Positions 27,061 to 36,923 of a stretch of 64,000 nt of DNA are shown piece by piece. The position numbers and the translations under genes are program-made. The first letter of the stretch is position 1. Every line of letters begins with the position of its first letter. This DNA is from Nitrosopumilus sp. Its GTDB lineage: Archaea > Thermoproteota > Nitrososphaeria > Nitrososphaerales > Nitrosopumilaceae. Below the pieces are notes generated by a model. The model was not told the DNA's origin. It worked only from the letters and a program-made list of their open reading frames with translations, and made no database searches. The stretch lies in the NCBI GenBank assembly GCA_965206745.1, contig OZ242220.1, forward strand, positions 384,001-448,000. The letters are read 5' to 3'.

Positions 27061-27603
27061 ATGGAACCCTTTGACTCTTTTCTTATTTGGATTGCCGAGT
27101 TTCTAGGAGATCACCTCTATGAGGGAATCTTTCTGGCAGCCCTGCTTGAAACCATAATTCCGCCCATTCCAACACTTGCAGTGTTTCCGACTGCCGGATT
27201 TCTGGCATCCCAGCAGGGAATAACCCCCTTTGGCCTAATCCCGATGATCATCCTCGGCGCAGTCGGTGCGACCATTGGAACATCTGCAATCTATCTTGTG
27301 GCACTAAAACTGGGACGAGTCGTCCTGCTTCGCTACTTGAAGTATGTCAAGATAAGTGAAAAGAAGCTAGAGCGCGTTGAGGTCTGGTTTGAAAAGCATG
27401 GTGACAAGGCGGTATTCTTGGGCAGGATGATTCCCGTGATGAGGGAGCTGATCTCAGTTCCTGCCGGACTGCTAAAGATGAGAATTCCAAAGTTCGTGCT
27501 GTACACGTTTGCCGGTTCCTGCATCTGGTCTGCTGCAACCATTCTGTCGGGATATTATTTCGGCGAGGCAATCGGCCTCAGTGTCGTGCCGGCACTGTCA
27601 TAA
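27061..27603 (+). CDS. DedA-family membrane protein
   Basis: ETIIPPIP...GRMIPVMRELISVPAG. Confidence 0.9.
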   Translation: MEPFDSFLIWIAEFLGDHLYEGIFLAALLETIIPPIPTLAVFPTAGFLASQQGITPFGLIPMIILGAVGATIGTSAIYLVALKLGRVVLLRYLKYVKISEKKLERVEVWFEKHGDKAVFLGRMIPVMRELISVPAGLLKMRIPKFVLYTFAGSCIWSAATILSGYYFGEAIGLSVVPALS

Positions 27604-27653
27604 ATGCCAAAAATAAAATGTATCCTGCAAGGTACTGCCGGCAACTAGTGCCC

Positions 27654-28445
27654 CTAAAACCCACCAAGTGTCTTTTGCCTCTTTTCATCCCAGAACAACT
27701 CTCGCATTCCAAGCCGCATTCTCAGCGAGTTTGCAGTGTGCGGACCAAACCCCTCAAAGTGGTTGTTTGCCATTACCATTGCCAATGGGATGTCCCTGAT
27801 ACCCTCGAGTCTCTCTGCCCAACCTGCAATTGCATCATCCTTGTTCTTTGAGACCCTGCCAAACTCTGAATCTGGAATGGAGCGATCCCCAATCAGTCTG
27901 ATGTACAGATAGTCCGAGGTAATCGGCATCGAATTGTTCACCCCTGCAACCTCGTTCCAGACAAGGCAGTGCCTGTTCTGCCTCAGATATGTCGCTGCCT
28001 CGTCTGTAAACCATGACTCGTGCCTTCCCTCAATGGGGCATGTCAGGTCATCTGGAAGCAGATCAAAGAGTTCCCCCAGCCTCGGTCTTGCCTCCTCAAA
28101 TGACAGTGACGGCGGCAGCTGTAACACCAGTGCTGAGATCTTTTCATAAATTGGGGCAAGTGATGCCAGAAATGCAAAGACCTCCGAGTTTACCTTCTCG
28201 AGTCTCTTCTCATGCGTGATTAATGATGGGAACTTTGCCGTAAATCTAAAATGCCTCGGGGTGTCTGCATTCCACCGCCGCACTATCTCCTGTGCAGGAA
28301 CCCTGTAAAATGTAGAGTTTATCTCTGTGATATCAAACAGCTGGGAATAGTACTTGAGCCATTGGGAGCTTTTAAGGTTCCTGGGGTAAAATGTGCCAGA
28401 CCACCCCTGATAGCTCCATCCCGTACAGCCTATCTTGACATTCAT
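27654..28445 (-). CDS. DUF72-domain protein
   Basis: IGCTGWSY...EINSTFY...QLPPS. Confidence 0.9.
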   Translation of the reverse strand: MNVKIGCTGWSYQGWSGTFYPRNLKSSQWLKYYSQLFDITEINSTFYRVPAQEIVRRWNADTPRHFRFTAKFPSLITHEKRLEKVNSEVFAFLASLAPIYEKISALVLQLPPSLSFEEARPRLGELFDLLPDDLTCPIEGRHESWFTDEAATYLRQNRHCLVWNEVAGVNNSMPITSDYLYIRLIGDRSIPDSEFGRVSKNKDDAIAGWAERLEGIRDIPLAMVMANNHFEGFGPHTANSLRMRLGMRELFWDEKRQKTLGGF

Positions 28446-28999
28446 TGCAACTGTTACGCTGAAGGGTGTTTTTACAATTAAGGCTAACTGATTTTAAAAA
28501 AATTGGAACTTGAGACCAACAACGGTTAGTTACTTGGTGAGAGTTCCAACTAAACATGATTGGGTGAATCATGTATTTAGATCATACTGATGAATTCTAC
28601 GCCTCAGTTATATGCAGATCCGGTGTATGCAAGACTATTTTGTAAAATAAGAAACGAGGATAGTGAAAAGCCATGAATTTCCATCCTTTTCATGTCTTTT
28701 CCTATCTGCCTGCTTCCTCAAAGATCATTCTCTGAATTTCAGCAGGTATGACAGCCTCGTCAGTTATAGTACGATGGTATGGAATTAAAGTGGTTCTAGT
28801 ATAATCCCTTAAATTTATCCAGAAATACGGTACAATATTCACAGATTTACAGATTTCCAATGATCTGATTTATTATTTAATGAGGCCTACTATACCTGAA
28901 GACAGAGCATCTAGGATATCTGATATCCTATTGTCGTGTTACATGCCAACGCCTACTGCTTGGCATCGTAAAGGATGACCCGCAGAAGGCATCTGTCTT

Positions 29000-29656
29000 C
29001 TATTCTGTTAACTTTTTTGCCTTTGCAAAGACTGCAGACCATTGGCTCCAGGTAAGCCTGCCTGTCTGCGTGTTCTGCCTTGAGGGGTGGTATGATGTCA
29101 GAATTTTAAACCCATCATATTTGTACAGTATGTTGTGTCCGAACTTTTCTGGCCTGACACCGTACAGTCTGCATGCTGCATCGTATCCTATCCTTCCAAG
29201 GCAGAGAACCACTGTGACATTTCTTAGAATCTCCTTCTCCTGCTGCAGATAGCCAAAGCAGGTGTCCATCTCCATGCGTGTCGGTTTGTTCTGAGGTGGC
29301 GCGCATCTGACTGCCGCTGTAATGTATGCGTTGTGTAATACCATTGCATCATCTGCACTCTGACTGGCAGGCATTGATGCAAATCCGTACCTGTGCATTA
29401 CCTTGAATAGCCAGTCCCCAGACGAGTCCCCTGTAAACATTCTCCCCGTCCTGTTCCCACCATGAGCTGCAGGTGCCAGCCCTACCACCAGTAGTCTTGC
29501 GTTGATGTCACCAAACCCTGAAAGCGGCCTGCCATGGTATTTCTCATCCTTGAACCTTCTCACCTTGTCTCTTGCAACATCCCTGATGTATTCTGACAAC
29601 CTTGGACATTTCTTGCAGCCGGCAATTCTTTTGTTCAGGGACTGTATAGTCTTCAA
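29000..29656 (-). CDS. Uracil-DNA glycosylase, family 5
   Basis: CKKCPRL Fe-S motif, GLAPAAHGGNRTGR, YHPSRQN. Confidence 0.92.
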   Translation of the reverse strand: MKTIQSLNKRIAGCKKCPRLSEYIRDVARDKVRRFKDEKYHGRPLSGFGDINARLLVVGLAPAAHGGNRTGRMFTGDSSGDWLFKVMHRYGFASMPASQSADDAMVLHNAYITAAVRCAPPQNKPTRMEMDTCFGYLQQEKEILRNVTVVLCLGRIGYDAACRLYGVRPEKFGHNILYKYDGFKILTSYHPSRQNTQTGRLTWSQWSAVFAKAKKLTE

Positions 29657-29659
29657 ATC

Positions 29660-30274
29660 TCACCTCGGGAACCTGTCTGCAAAGACTATCTCATCTAATG
29701 GCAGCTGCCCGCCGCGCAACATTGCAGGCTTTGCCTGCCTTCCCACTGCAATGAGCATCGAGATTATGTGATTTTTTGGAAGCCTGATGGTATCAGCCAC
29801 CTTCTGGGGATCAAAGCCTATCATCGGATTAGAGTCATATCCCATCGACTTTGCAGCAAGCATTATGGTCTGGGCTGCAATCCCGCAGGACCTGACTGCC
29901 TCGTCTCTTTGCAGCTGCTCTTTTCCCTCGTAAAACTGACCCATTGCAGGTACCATCTGGTCCCGTGTCTCCTTCGGCGCGTTCTTCCAGTACCTGGCAG
30001 GATCATCCTTCCATGCCTTTAGGTCCGCACAGAGCACTATGAGCAGTGAGGCATCAGTTACTTGGGCCTGGCCCCACGATGCGGCACGAATCTGTTCCCT
30101 GATTTTGGGATCCTTGACTAGGACAAACCTCCAGTTCTGCATGTTAAACGAGGTAGGTGACAGTACTGCTAGTGACATTAGCTGGTTAATCTCACCATCT
30201 GTAAATCTGTGATCCGTATCATAGTGTTTTACCGAGCGGCGCTCCCTGATTGCATCAAATGTATCCATGGACAT
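29660..30274 (-). CDS. Nitroreductase-family protein
   Basis: RRSVKHY, PTSFNMQNW, GFDP. Confidence 0.92.
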   Translation of the reverse strand: MSMDTFDAIRERRSVKHYDTDHRFTDGEINQLMSLAVLSPTSFNMQNWRFVLVKDPKIREQIRAASWGQAQVTDASLLIVLCADLKAWKDDPARYWKNAPKETRDQMVPAMGQFYEGKEQLQRDEAVRSCGIAAQTIMLAAKSMGYDSNPMIGFDPQKVADTIRLPKNHIISMLIAVGRQAKPAMLRGGQLPLDEIVFADRFPR

Positions 30275-30405
30275 TCTGCCTGAATCTCTGTATTTATCTA
30301 TTTGAGAAATTTGGATACGGTTCTATCTCCTTTAGTTTTAATTCTTCATTACAGCTTGAACAAATTCATCTTACAGAATTCTTCTCTTTGTATTTATCAC
30401 CTAAC

Positions 30406-31473
30406 TCATTCAATATTTTCAACTAAAATCCAAGTTCTCTTCAAAGGCATCTCTATCTTTAATTCATCGCTGAATTTTTCATAATGCTTCATTGTCTCTT
30501 TAACTATCTCGTCTTCTCGCCACAACCTTGTAGAAAAATATGATGTCTTTATTTCTTGTTCTGCTTTACTGGTGATTCCACCCCATGCAACCAATAGACC
30601 ATAATCAGCTTTGTAACGATTTACAACTCCTTCTATCTCTCGCACTATCCTTACATCCGATGGACTTTCAGAAGACTTTACTTGTACACATATTCTTGGA
30701 CTCTCAAGTCCCAGTGGTCCTGAACCTGCAAGGATGTCTACCCCGCCGTCAGGTCCTGGTGGTGAAACCTTTGTAACAAATCCCTTTGCAACCAGTATCT
30801 CATTGACAAGATCTGTAAGCTTGTGTCCCTTGAAATTTATCTTGATATGCTTTGTAATCTGATCTAGCATGATTTGTTCATAGTCAGTTGACACATCTGC
30901 ATCTTCTTCTTGAATGTTTGTAGAGTCAGATTCATTTTTACCAAGCATTTTTCTGACGCGATTCTCTGCATCTTCTTCTTGAATGTTTGTAGAGTCAGAT
31001 TCATTTTTACCAAGCATTTTTCTGACGCGATTCTCTGCATCTTCAGCTTTGACCTTTCCTATGGTCAGATATGCTCCTAAAGAATACAGAATATCTTGAT
31101 CAAAATGCGAACGAGGAATGGTTTTTATCCATTTGACTGTTCTTTGGTGTCTTTTTGCCTTGTCATCTTGTACAAATTGATAATTTCCTGTAGCTTCTCC
31201 TAGTGCAATCAAGCGTTGTGATTTTAACGGCAATGCAATCAAATCCCCAACTTCTATTCTGTTTGAGAAAGACCAGATTTGTCCAACTTGGTTTGCCATT
31301 CTTGCTTTTACATCTGTGGAATAAATGTCTTGATAGATTTTTTTTAATTCGTCTTTGGTTTTAACGTTGGACAGATCTGGTAATTCATTCCATCCAAAGC
31401 TTATGATATTATTATCTAGAAACTGTTGTTCAAACTCTCCTCTTTTTCCTGCCCTTATTAACCAAAAAGTCAT
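30406..31473 (-). CDS. Mrr-type restriction endonuclease
   Basis: WLIRAG N-terminal domain; GPDGGVDI...VQVK Mrr catalytic motif. Confidence 0.88.
   Translation of the reverse strand: MTFWLIRAGKRGEFEQQFLDNNIISFGWNELPDLSNVKTKDELKKIYQDIYSTDVKARMANQVGQIWSFSNRIEVGDLIALPLKSQRLIALGEATGNYQFVQDDKAKRHQRTVKWIKTIPRSHFDQDILYSLGAYLTIGKVKAEDAENRVRKMLGKNESDSTNIQEEDAENRVRKMLGKNESDSTNIQEEDADVSTDYEQIMLDQITKHIKINFKGHKLTDLVNEILVAKGFVTKVSPPGPDGGVDILAGSGPLGLESPRICVQVKSSESPSDVRIVREIEGVVNRYKADYGLLVAWGGITSKAEQEIKTSYFSTRLWREDEIVKETMKHYEKFSDELKIEMPLKRTWILVENIE
30896..31044. repeat. Perfect in-frame 69-bp tandem duplication inside the Mrr-type gene
   Basis: Unit starts at 30896 and 30965, partial third at 31034; encodes DAENRVRKMLGKNESDSTNIQEE twice. 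Confidence 0.95.
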
Positions 31474-31774
31474 TTCCTTTTTTCCTGTATGGCAGATATC
31501 TTTAATGACATAGAAACTTGTCTGGTTTTTTCATATTTAATTATTTCATATTGATCGGCATATTGTGGAATATGAAAAGTAGCATGTACCAAAAATATGC
31601 ATCAAAAACAACCGCGCAGGACCCCAAGGCAATCACCAATAATACCATAACTGCCCCAAGTCGGCTTGTACCCCATGGCTTTTGCAGGTCTTGAGCTTGA
31701 ACTGTACAAAGATTGTGACTGGCATTCCACATATGCGGACATAACCTGTTTCCACCTATTCTAGTTCAGACGAC

Positions 31775-32074
31775 TCACGCCGGCTTTATCAGATAACCAC
31801 GCTGAACTAACTTGTCCACTGAATCAGGAAAGACGAGAACTGCCTTGCCATGCAAGTTAATCCACCCTTCATGTGTTCTCTCACCTGTGGATTCATAATC
31901 TGCAGGAAACAGCACGATGTTGATCTCACCGCCTATCATGCTTCGTATCCTTTCAAAGTGTCCTGGCACCAAATCTGGTGCAAAGTATGAGGGATCAATT
32001 CCAATTGCAAGGGCCTCGTGGTGTTCATCTGCAAATGACTCTGTTATGAGAAATGCCTTTCTCTTCTCTTCCAA
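31775..32074 (-). CDS. Hypothetical protein
   Basis: 99-aa ORF with protein-like composition. Confidence 0.55.
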   Translation of the reverse strand: MEEKRKAFLITESFADEHHEALAIGIDPSYFAPDLVPGHFERIRSMIGGEINIVLFPADYESTGERTHEGWINLHGKAVLVFPDSVDKLVQRGYLIKPA

Positions 32075-32118
32075 GGTTAACCCCTTCCCGCCGCCTTAGA
32101 TGAGAATCAAATTTGAGG

Positions 32119-32247
32119 CTAGTCCTCGTCTGACTCGTTGCTTATCCTTTCAAAAGTCATCTCCTTTCCCTGGCATGACTCGCATCTCTCCATTGTGCCA
32201 AACTCATTTTTGAACTTGCCTTTTCCATCGCATCTAAAACAAACCAT
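32119..32247 (-). CDS. 42-aa DnaJ-type Zn-finger microprotein (missing from ORF track)
   Basis: MVCFRCDGKG...RCESCQGK carries CxxCxGxG motifs; TTTTAAGT box about 25 nt upstream on minus strand. Confidence 0.65.
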   Translation of the reverse strand: MVCFRCDGKGKFKNEFGTMERCESCQGKEMTFERISNESDED

Positions 32248-32465
32248 GACTTCCTATACGACGGCAATTTACTTAAAAATATCGATAGCAATCAAGGCCA
32301 AACAGTCATTTGGTGAGGACTGTTCTGACCCAAACATCATTTCATGATGTTATTACTAGTTGATTACCATCAAGTGATGGTTGCCTGATTGTAACATAAA
32401 AACAGGATTCATTGCGATCATGAAAAACTGTTCAAAACTGCCATGGAATCCCATACAAACTTGAT

Positions 32466-33125
32466 CTAAAGCGAGTTGACATACTTGCGCAGTTTCTCTG
32501 TCTTTTCCTCGACTGACAGGGGCAGCAGGTCCTTCATCATCTGCTTTAACTCCATCCTCTTGGCATCTCTCCCATCAGAACCGTCCTCTAGCTGCGTCTT
32601 CATTGACATAAAGTGCATTATCATCCTTGCCCGCTCATCAATGGATAGTGCAAAAAATGCATCCTTTACCTCACCCCACTGCTTCATTTTGAGCTCTCGC
32701 TCCTGCGGAGTCAGGTCGGCATGGTGGCCTCTCCATTTTCCGGACTTGTCTGAATGCTTCCAGCTGTTCTTGGGGATGCCGTCTGAAACATGCAAAACAG
32801 TACCATCCCCTGCATCAATAATCACCTTGTAAAACAAGTCGTTACCAGACAGTAATCCGACCTTGTATACCAGGTACCCTTGAATCACCTTTAACTTGCC
32901 CCACATTGCATCAGAATCATCAACTGAATCCTGCGCAGCTGTCATGGCATCAGATAAAGTGATCTGCTCAAGACCCTGATAGTCAGAGTCAGTCACTGTC
33001 ATGCTTCCGGAGATCTCTGGAATTTTGTAACTGCCATACTCTGCAAGAACATCAGACGGTGAAAGTGACATAATTGCAAATATTGATGCTGCGATGATTG
33101 CAGGTATGATGATCTTCTTTTTCAA
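32466..33125 (-). CDS. Secreted PepSY-domain protein
   Basis: Signal peptide; ITLSDAMTAA...LVYKV...VIIDAGDGTVL. Confidence 0.8.
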   Translation of the reverse strand: MKKKIIIPAIIAASIFAIMSLSPSDVLAEYGSYKIPEISGSMTVTDSDYQGLEQITLSDAMTAAQDSVDDSDAMWGKLKVIQGYLVYKVGLLSGNDLFYKVIIDAGDGTVLHVSDGIPKNSWKHSDKSGKWRGHHADLTPQERELKMKQWGEVKDAFFALSIDERARMIMHFMSMKTQLEDGSDGRDAKRMELKQMMKDLLPLSVEEKTEKLRKYVNSL

Positions 33126-33341
33126 GTGATCAGCATTTCATTATTATCAGTAATAACCATTACCGCTGATTCTGTCTGGTTCCACAAACTTGTCTCAAAA
33201 ATGATGAAAATCTTGCAGTTGCTAGTGTATCAAATCTGAGAGATTTTTGATATCTTGGTTGCAAAACTTTTGGTGTATTTGGCATGTAGTTTGTACAGAA
33301 AAAGTCAGTTTGTAGTGAATATTTCGTATATGCTCGACTTT

Positions 33342-33379
33342 TTATATTATAATATACCCTAGTATACTATGGTATACCA
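33342..33379. promoter_or_regulatory. Phased palindromic operator (TAGTATACTA-TGGTATACCA) over the start of an antitoxin-like gene
   Basis: GTATAC at 33362 and 33372, ATATAC at 33352, 10-bp period, just after a TTTATATT box. Confidence 0.5.
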
Positions 33380-33953
33380 AAGTGCACCAAAGCGGGCAAA
33401 TCCGGCCAAATCTGGGAAAAAGATTCACACCATCAAGATCACCTCAACTACAAAGCAAATTCTGGATTCCTCTAAAAATCATCCCCGTGAGACATACAAT
33501 GAACTTATTTTAAAATTGGTCAATGCTACATTACGCAAATTCTCCTTCAAGGAAATACTTGATTTGGCACGTGATGCCGGTCTTCGTACTGTTGTTGATG
33601 ATGTGATCGGTGGAATCAGGATATTTCGCGCCACAGGGGATAACCTGCGTTTGGAGTGCATACAGGATCCTTCTGATTCCAAAGTCCATGCAACGCTGGT
33701 AAAATCAATTCCAGACATAGACTATTCCACATTTAAAACACTAAGGAACACCCACAAGGGATCGACTGTTCGGTTCTCTGGAGACTTGAATGCAGTTCGT
33801 ATATTGGAGGATCCCTCCAGATATGATCTGGATCATAAAACTGTCTTTAAAAAATTACTTGAGATGAAAAAAGAGGTTGGACTTGACATCTCATACCAGT
33901 TCAACAATGAGGAAGATGATCTCAAAAAAATCAAGGAAAAATTAGACATCTAG
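33369..33953 (+). CDS. Protein with N-terminal antitoxin/RHH-like DNA-binding segment
   Basis: TIKITSTTKQILD...RETYNELILKL resembles archaeal RHH/VapB-type N-domains; rest unknown. Confidence 0.6.
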   Translation: MVYQSAPKRANPAKSGKKIHTIKITSTTKQILDSSKNHPRETYNELILKLVNATLRKFSFKEILDLARDAGLRTVVDDVIGGIRIFRATGDNLRLECIQDPSDSKVHATLVKSIPDIDYSTFKTLRNTHKGSTVRFSGDLNAVRILEDPSRYDLDHKTVFKKLLEMKKEVGLDISYQFNNEEDDLKKIKEKLDI

Positions 33954-34511
33954 ACTTTTTTTAATCAGTGATGCAACAGCCGATATGATTTTTGGTGTTT
34001 CTCCTATGTTGGATACGTCCAAATTTGAAATTCTTCCAACAATGATCCCATTTTCTTCTTCAATATTTTCTTGTCCTGTTTGATTGCTGGTTAAAATCGC
34101 CAGTATCTTTATGTTTTTTCTATTGAAGAGTTTTTCCCATTCTTTGATTTTATCCAACTCATCGTCTTTACACAAAATTACTGCATGAGTTCCCACAGAA
34201 ACAAGTATCTCTGTAATATCAGTGGGTTTTCCTGGAAGATCCCCTATGACTAATCTATTTGGTAATGATGCAAATTCTTTAACACATAGCCTAGTCTCTT
34301 TCTCAGTGGGAATTTTCTTTGTACCGTCTCGCTCTTCTTTTGAGATCAAACCTTCTGCATATCGTTTGGTCTCCCCCCAAGGATCATAATCATAATTGTA
34401 CGCATCTGTGCCTAAATCCTGTAGTGCCCTCTCAAGATATAGCGCAAAAGTGCTTTTTCCAGAATGTGGTGGTCCTCCTACAACAATTCTAATTTTTTTT
34501 ATATGTGTCAC
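33942..34511 (-). CDS. Small P-loop NTPase (SIMIBI-like; resembles the ATPase domain fused to some Csx3 proteins)
   Basis: GGPPHSGKST Walker A, YDYDP, IGDLPG, THAVIL. Confidence 0.75.
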   Translation of the reverse strand: MTHIKKIRIVVGGPPHSGKSTFALYLERALQDLGTDAYNYDYDPWGETKRYAEGLISKEERDGTKKIPTEKETRLCVKEFASLPNRLVIGDLPGKPTDITEILVSVGTHAVILCKDDELDKIKEWEKLFNRKNIKILAILTSNQTGQENIEEENGIIVGRISNLDVSNIGETPKIISAVASLIKKSLDV

Positions 34512-35581
34512 CCTATGGATTTAATATCTTTGAGCAATTGCCCAAATTCCTTATGTAATTCTTTAAAATCTTTTAACTTGTTATTATCCTTGGCAATTTC
34601 TTGCATCTTACTTCTTGGAAAATTATGAATTAATTCATAGAGATCTTGAACTCGACTATCAACATTTTCAGAAAATGAACTCGTTAGAGATTTTCTTTGT
34701 TTCTGCCGCTTCATGATTTCTATGGCTTTTTCAATTGTTGCATTATTTTGCATGGCTTTGTATGCATCTTTGCTTTCTAAAATTATTTTATCTAATTTTC
34801 TCACATGTATGGCCATTGGAATTTTATTATTATATATCCAATCCATGAATTTTTCAAGATGTACCGGATCCTCTGTCCATTCTTTAAGGTCTCTCTTTTT
34901 ATATAATTCTAGAAAATGTGAAAATCGTTGCAACCATCGATCATCATCAGGATATTTTTTATGATATAATAATGTGGCATCATATGCTTTAACATTTTGA
35001 CTAATAGTATTTTTACCTATGCTTATTGCTTTTGCAACTTCTTCATAATCGTAATCATATTTTTTTATTAAATCATAAACATGAACACCTTTATTCAATG
35101 CTGCCCAATTTTTTTTCCCACTAACATGTATTCTGGCAAGAAACAATGCCACATCTGCATTACTTGTATCTTTGGGAAGTATGATACATTGTATTGGATC
35201 AATTTGATTGCTGGAAATATTTTTTTCTTTTCCAGAATTAATCTCCTCTATAATTTTTCTCATACATACTGTTCTTCGATTTCCTTCAATTACTGAATAT
35301 TGGGAATTGGAAATTTGACGTACGTATGGTTTTTCAGTCAATCCTTTTGAGAATTTTATTTCTCGAATCAAACTTTTTGTGTCTGTTTCTTGCCATATCC
35401 GATCTTCAATCTGCTCGTTTGTCATTGGTTCTGGAACATGCTTGAATCGAACATTTGTAGGATCAAGAACAAGTTGAGTTAAAGGTATGAATCTAATATC
35501 TGCCTCAATTCTCTCCTCTCCTGTTATGCTTAATTGGATTTTTGATGGGCTTACTGAATTTTTTGTAGTCTTTAGAGTCAC
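34508..35581 (-). CDS. ParB/Srx-fold protein with HTH
   Basis: LVLDPTNVRF...VIEGNRR nucleotide motif; YEEVAKAISIGKNTISQ HTH; GTGA overlap with the NTPase gene. Confidence 0.8.
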   Translation of the reverse strand: MTLKTTKNSVSPSKIQLSITGEERIEADIRFIPLTQLVLDPTNVRFKHVPEPMTNEQIEDRIWQETDTKSLIREIKFSKGLTEKPYVRQISNSQYSVIEGNRRTVCMRKIIEEINSGKEKNISSNQIDPIQCIILPKDTSNADVALFLARIHVSGKKNWAALNKGVHVYDLIKKYDYDYEEVAKAISIGKNTISQNVKAYDATLLYHKKYPDDDRWLQRFSHFLELYKKRDLKEWTEDPVHLEKFMDWIYNNKIPMAIHVRKLDKIILESKDAYKAMQNNATIEKAIEIMKRQKQRKSLTSSFSENVDSRVQDLYELIHNFPRSKMQEIAKDNNKLKDFKELHKEFGQLLKDIKSIG

Positions 35582-35600
35582 GCTTTGTTGTATATGTAAT

Positions 35601-35651
35601 AGTATTAAAAAGTATTGAATACTAGAAAATACTATGAATACTTACAATACT
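35601..35651. repeat. Array of six AGTATT/AATACT hexamers with 9-10 bp spacing
   Basis: AGTATT at 35601, 35611; AATACT at 35618, 35628, 35637, 35646. Confidence 0.8.
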
Positions 35652-35787
35652 TATGGCTATAGAGTAATTTTGTATTCAAGAAACTGATCAAAATTTACTG
35701 AAATATTAAAATCTAAATTTGAAATGTTTCTGGATATTTTTTCTTTTACATGATCGGTTTTATTTACCCGTAATCCATGAAAATATC

Positions 35788-36861
35788 ATGGGTTTTTGTG
35801 GGGGATGTGGAAAACAAGCAGGCGTTAAAGACAGTTTCTGTACTGGATGTGGAACCTCCATAATAGAGTCCAAGATCTCCGTTTTAGAAAATACATCTCA
35901 AATAATTAAAGAAGAATACAAACAAAGCACTGCTTCCCCAGAAGCAGAAATCTCTCAAGGTACACACATTGGTAATCAAAAAAGAAGTGGAGAATGGTTG
36001 GAATCTACCACTTCACATATTTTGAAATTTGCAGGTTTTGATGTTGATAGAGAAGTTTCATTTGTTTTTAATGACAGCACTAATGATAAATTTAGAATAG
36101 ATGTTCTAGCGCGTGATCCAAATATAGAAATTTTTGTCGAATGTAAAGATTACGCTGATTTGAAAATGTCAGAAAAAATAATGTACACATTAACTGGTCA
36201 GTTGAATGATTACAGAAAAAGACAGAGCAAAGATGTAGTGGGACTTCTTGTTATGACTGCAAAAGATGATGGACGTAATCAGGGAATTAGAGAAAATCTA
36301 AAAAAACATAATTGCTTTTTGTGGGATGGTGCATTTTTAGAACATTTGGAAAACAAAATTATCGAACTAGGAAATAAAGAAGATTTTCGTAGATATATTT
36401 TAGATCACCTGGGTATTTTTGAAGAACTTGAAAAGAAAGCTAAAGGTGAATACTATGATTTCATGATAAAATACTCTGTACATACAATTCCCCCTGATCA
36501 ATATGTTGGAAAATCATTTGATATTATGAATATAGTTGATGAATTAAAAGAGCAATTGCCTGAAAAAGTAAGCATTGTAAATCATACTTACCATGCAATT
36601 AAGAATAACAAGCAAATTCTTAGCTATAACATAGTTGTAGATTTTAGCTTTAAACTTACAATGGATGAAATCAATAAAATTGCTAAATCTAGATGTAAGT
36701 TTGGTGAAAGAATACGAAGGCGAAAACCTGAAGAAATTACATATCGGAGCTTCCGAGAAGACATTTACAATATTTTATCTAGAGTTTATGGTATTAGTTA
36801 CAACCCTAAGAAAAATAGCCAATATTATGATATTGAATTCATGGGAAGTAGGATCAAATAG
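35788..36861 (+). CDS. Zn-ribbon + PD-(D/E)XK restriction-endonuclease-like protein
   Basis: MGFCGGCG...FCTGCG; GEWLE...RIDVLA...VECKDY. Confidence 0.8.
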   Translation: MGFCGGCGKQAGVKDSFCTGCGTSIIESKISVLENTSQIIKEEYKQSTASPEAEISQGTHIGNQKRSGEWLESTTSHILKFAGFDVDREVSFVFNDSTNDKFRIDVLARDPNIEIFVECKDYADLKMSEKIMYTLTGQLNDYRKRQSKDVVGLLVMTAKDDGRNQGIRENLKKHNCFLWDGAFLEHLENKIIELGNKEDFRRYILDHLGIFEELEKKAKGEYYDFMIKYSVHTIPPDQYVGKSFDIMNIVDELKEQLPEKVSIVNHTYHAIKNNKQILSYNIVVDFSFKLTMDEINKIAKSRCKFGERIRRRKPEEITYRSFREDIYNILSRVYGISYNPKKNSQYYDIEFMGSRIK

Positions 36862-36923
36862 TCTTTTTAGATTTTTTATCATATATTCGTTCTTTAGAAT
36901 CGATCAATTTCATTTGAATATCG

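Noticed and set aside
28446-28999. Long intergenic gap as possible ncRNA or pseudogene
   Set aside because: No convincing ORF, repeat or stable structure seen by eye.
33942-34511. CRISPR-associated (Csx3) assignment
   Set aside because: Only the NTPase-like part is present; no ring-nuclease domain, array or cas operon.
33942-35581. Canonical ParAB partition cassette
   Set aside because: The NTPase lacks the KGGxGK deviant Walker A and is too short for ParA; no replicon genes nearby.
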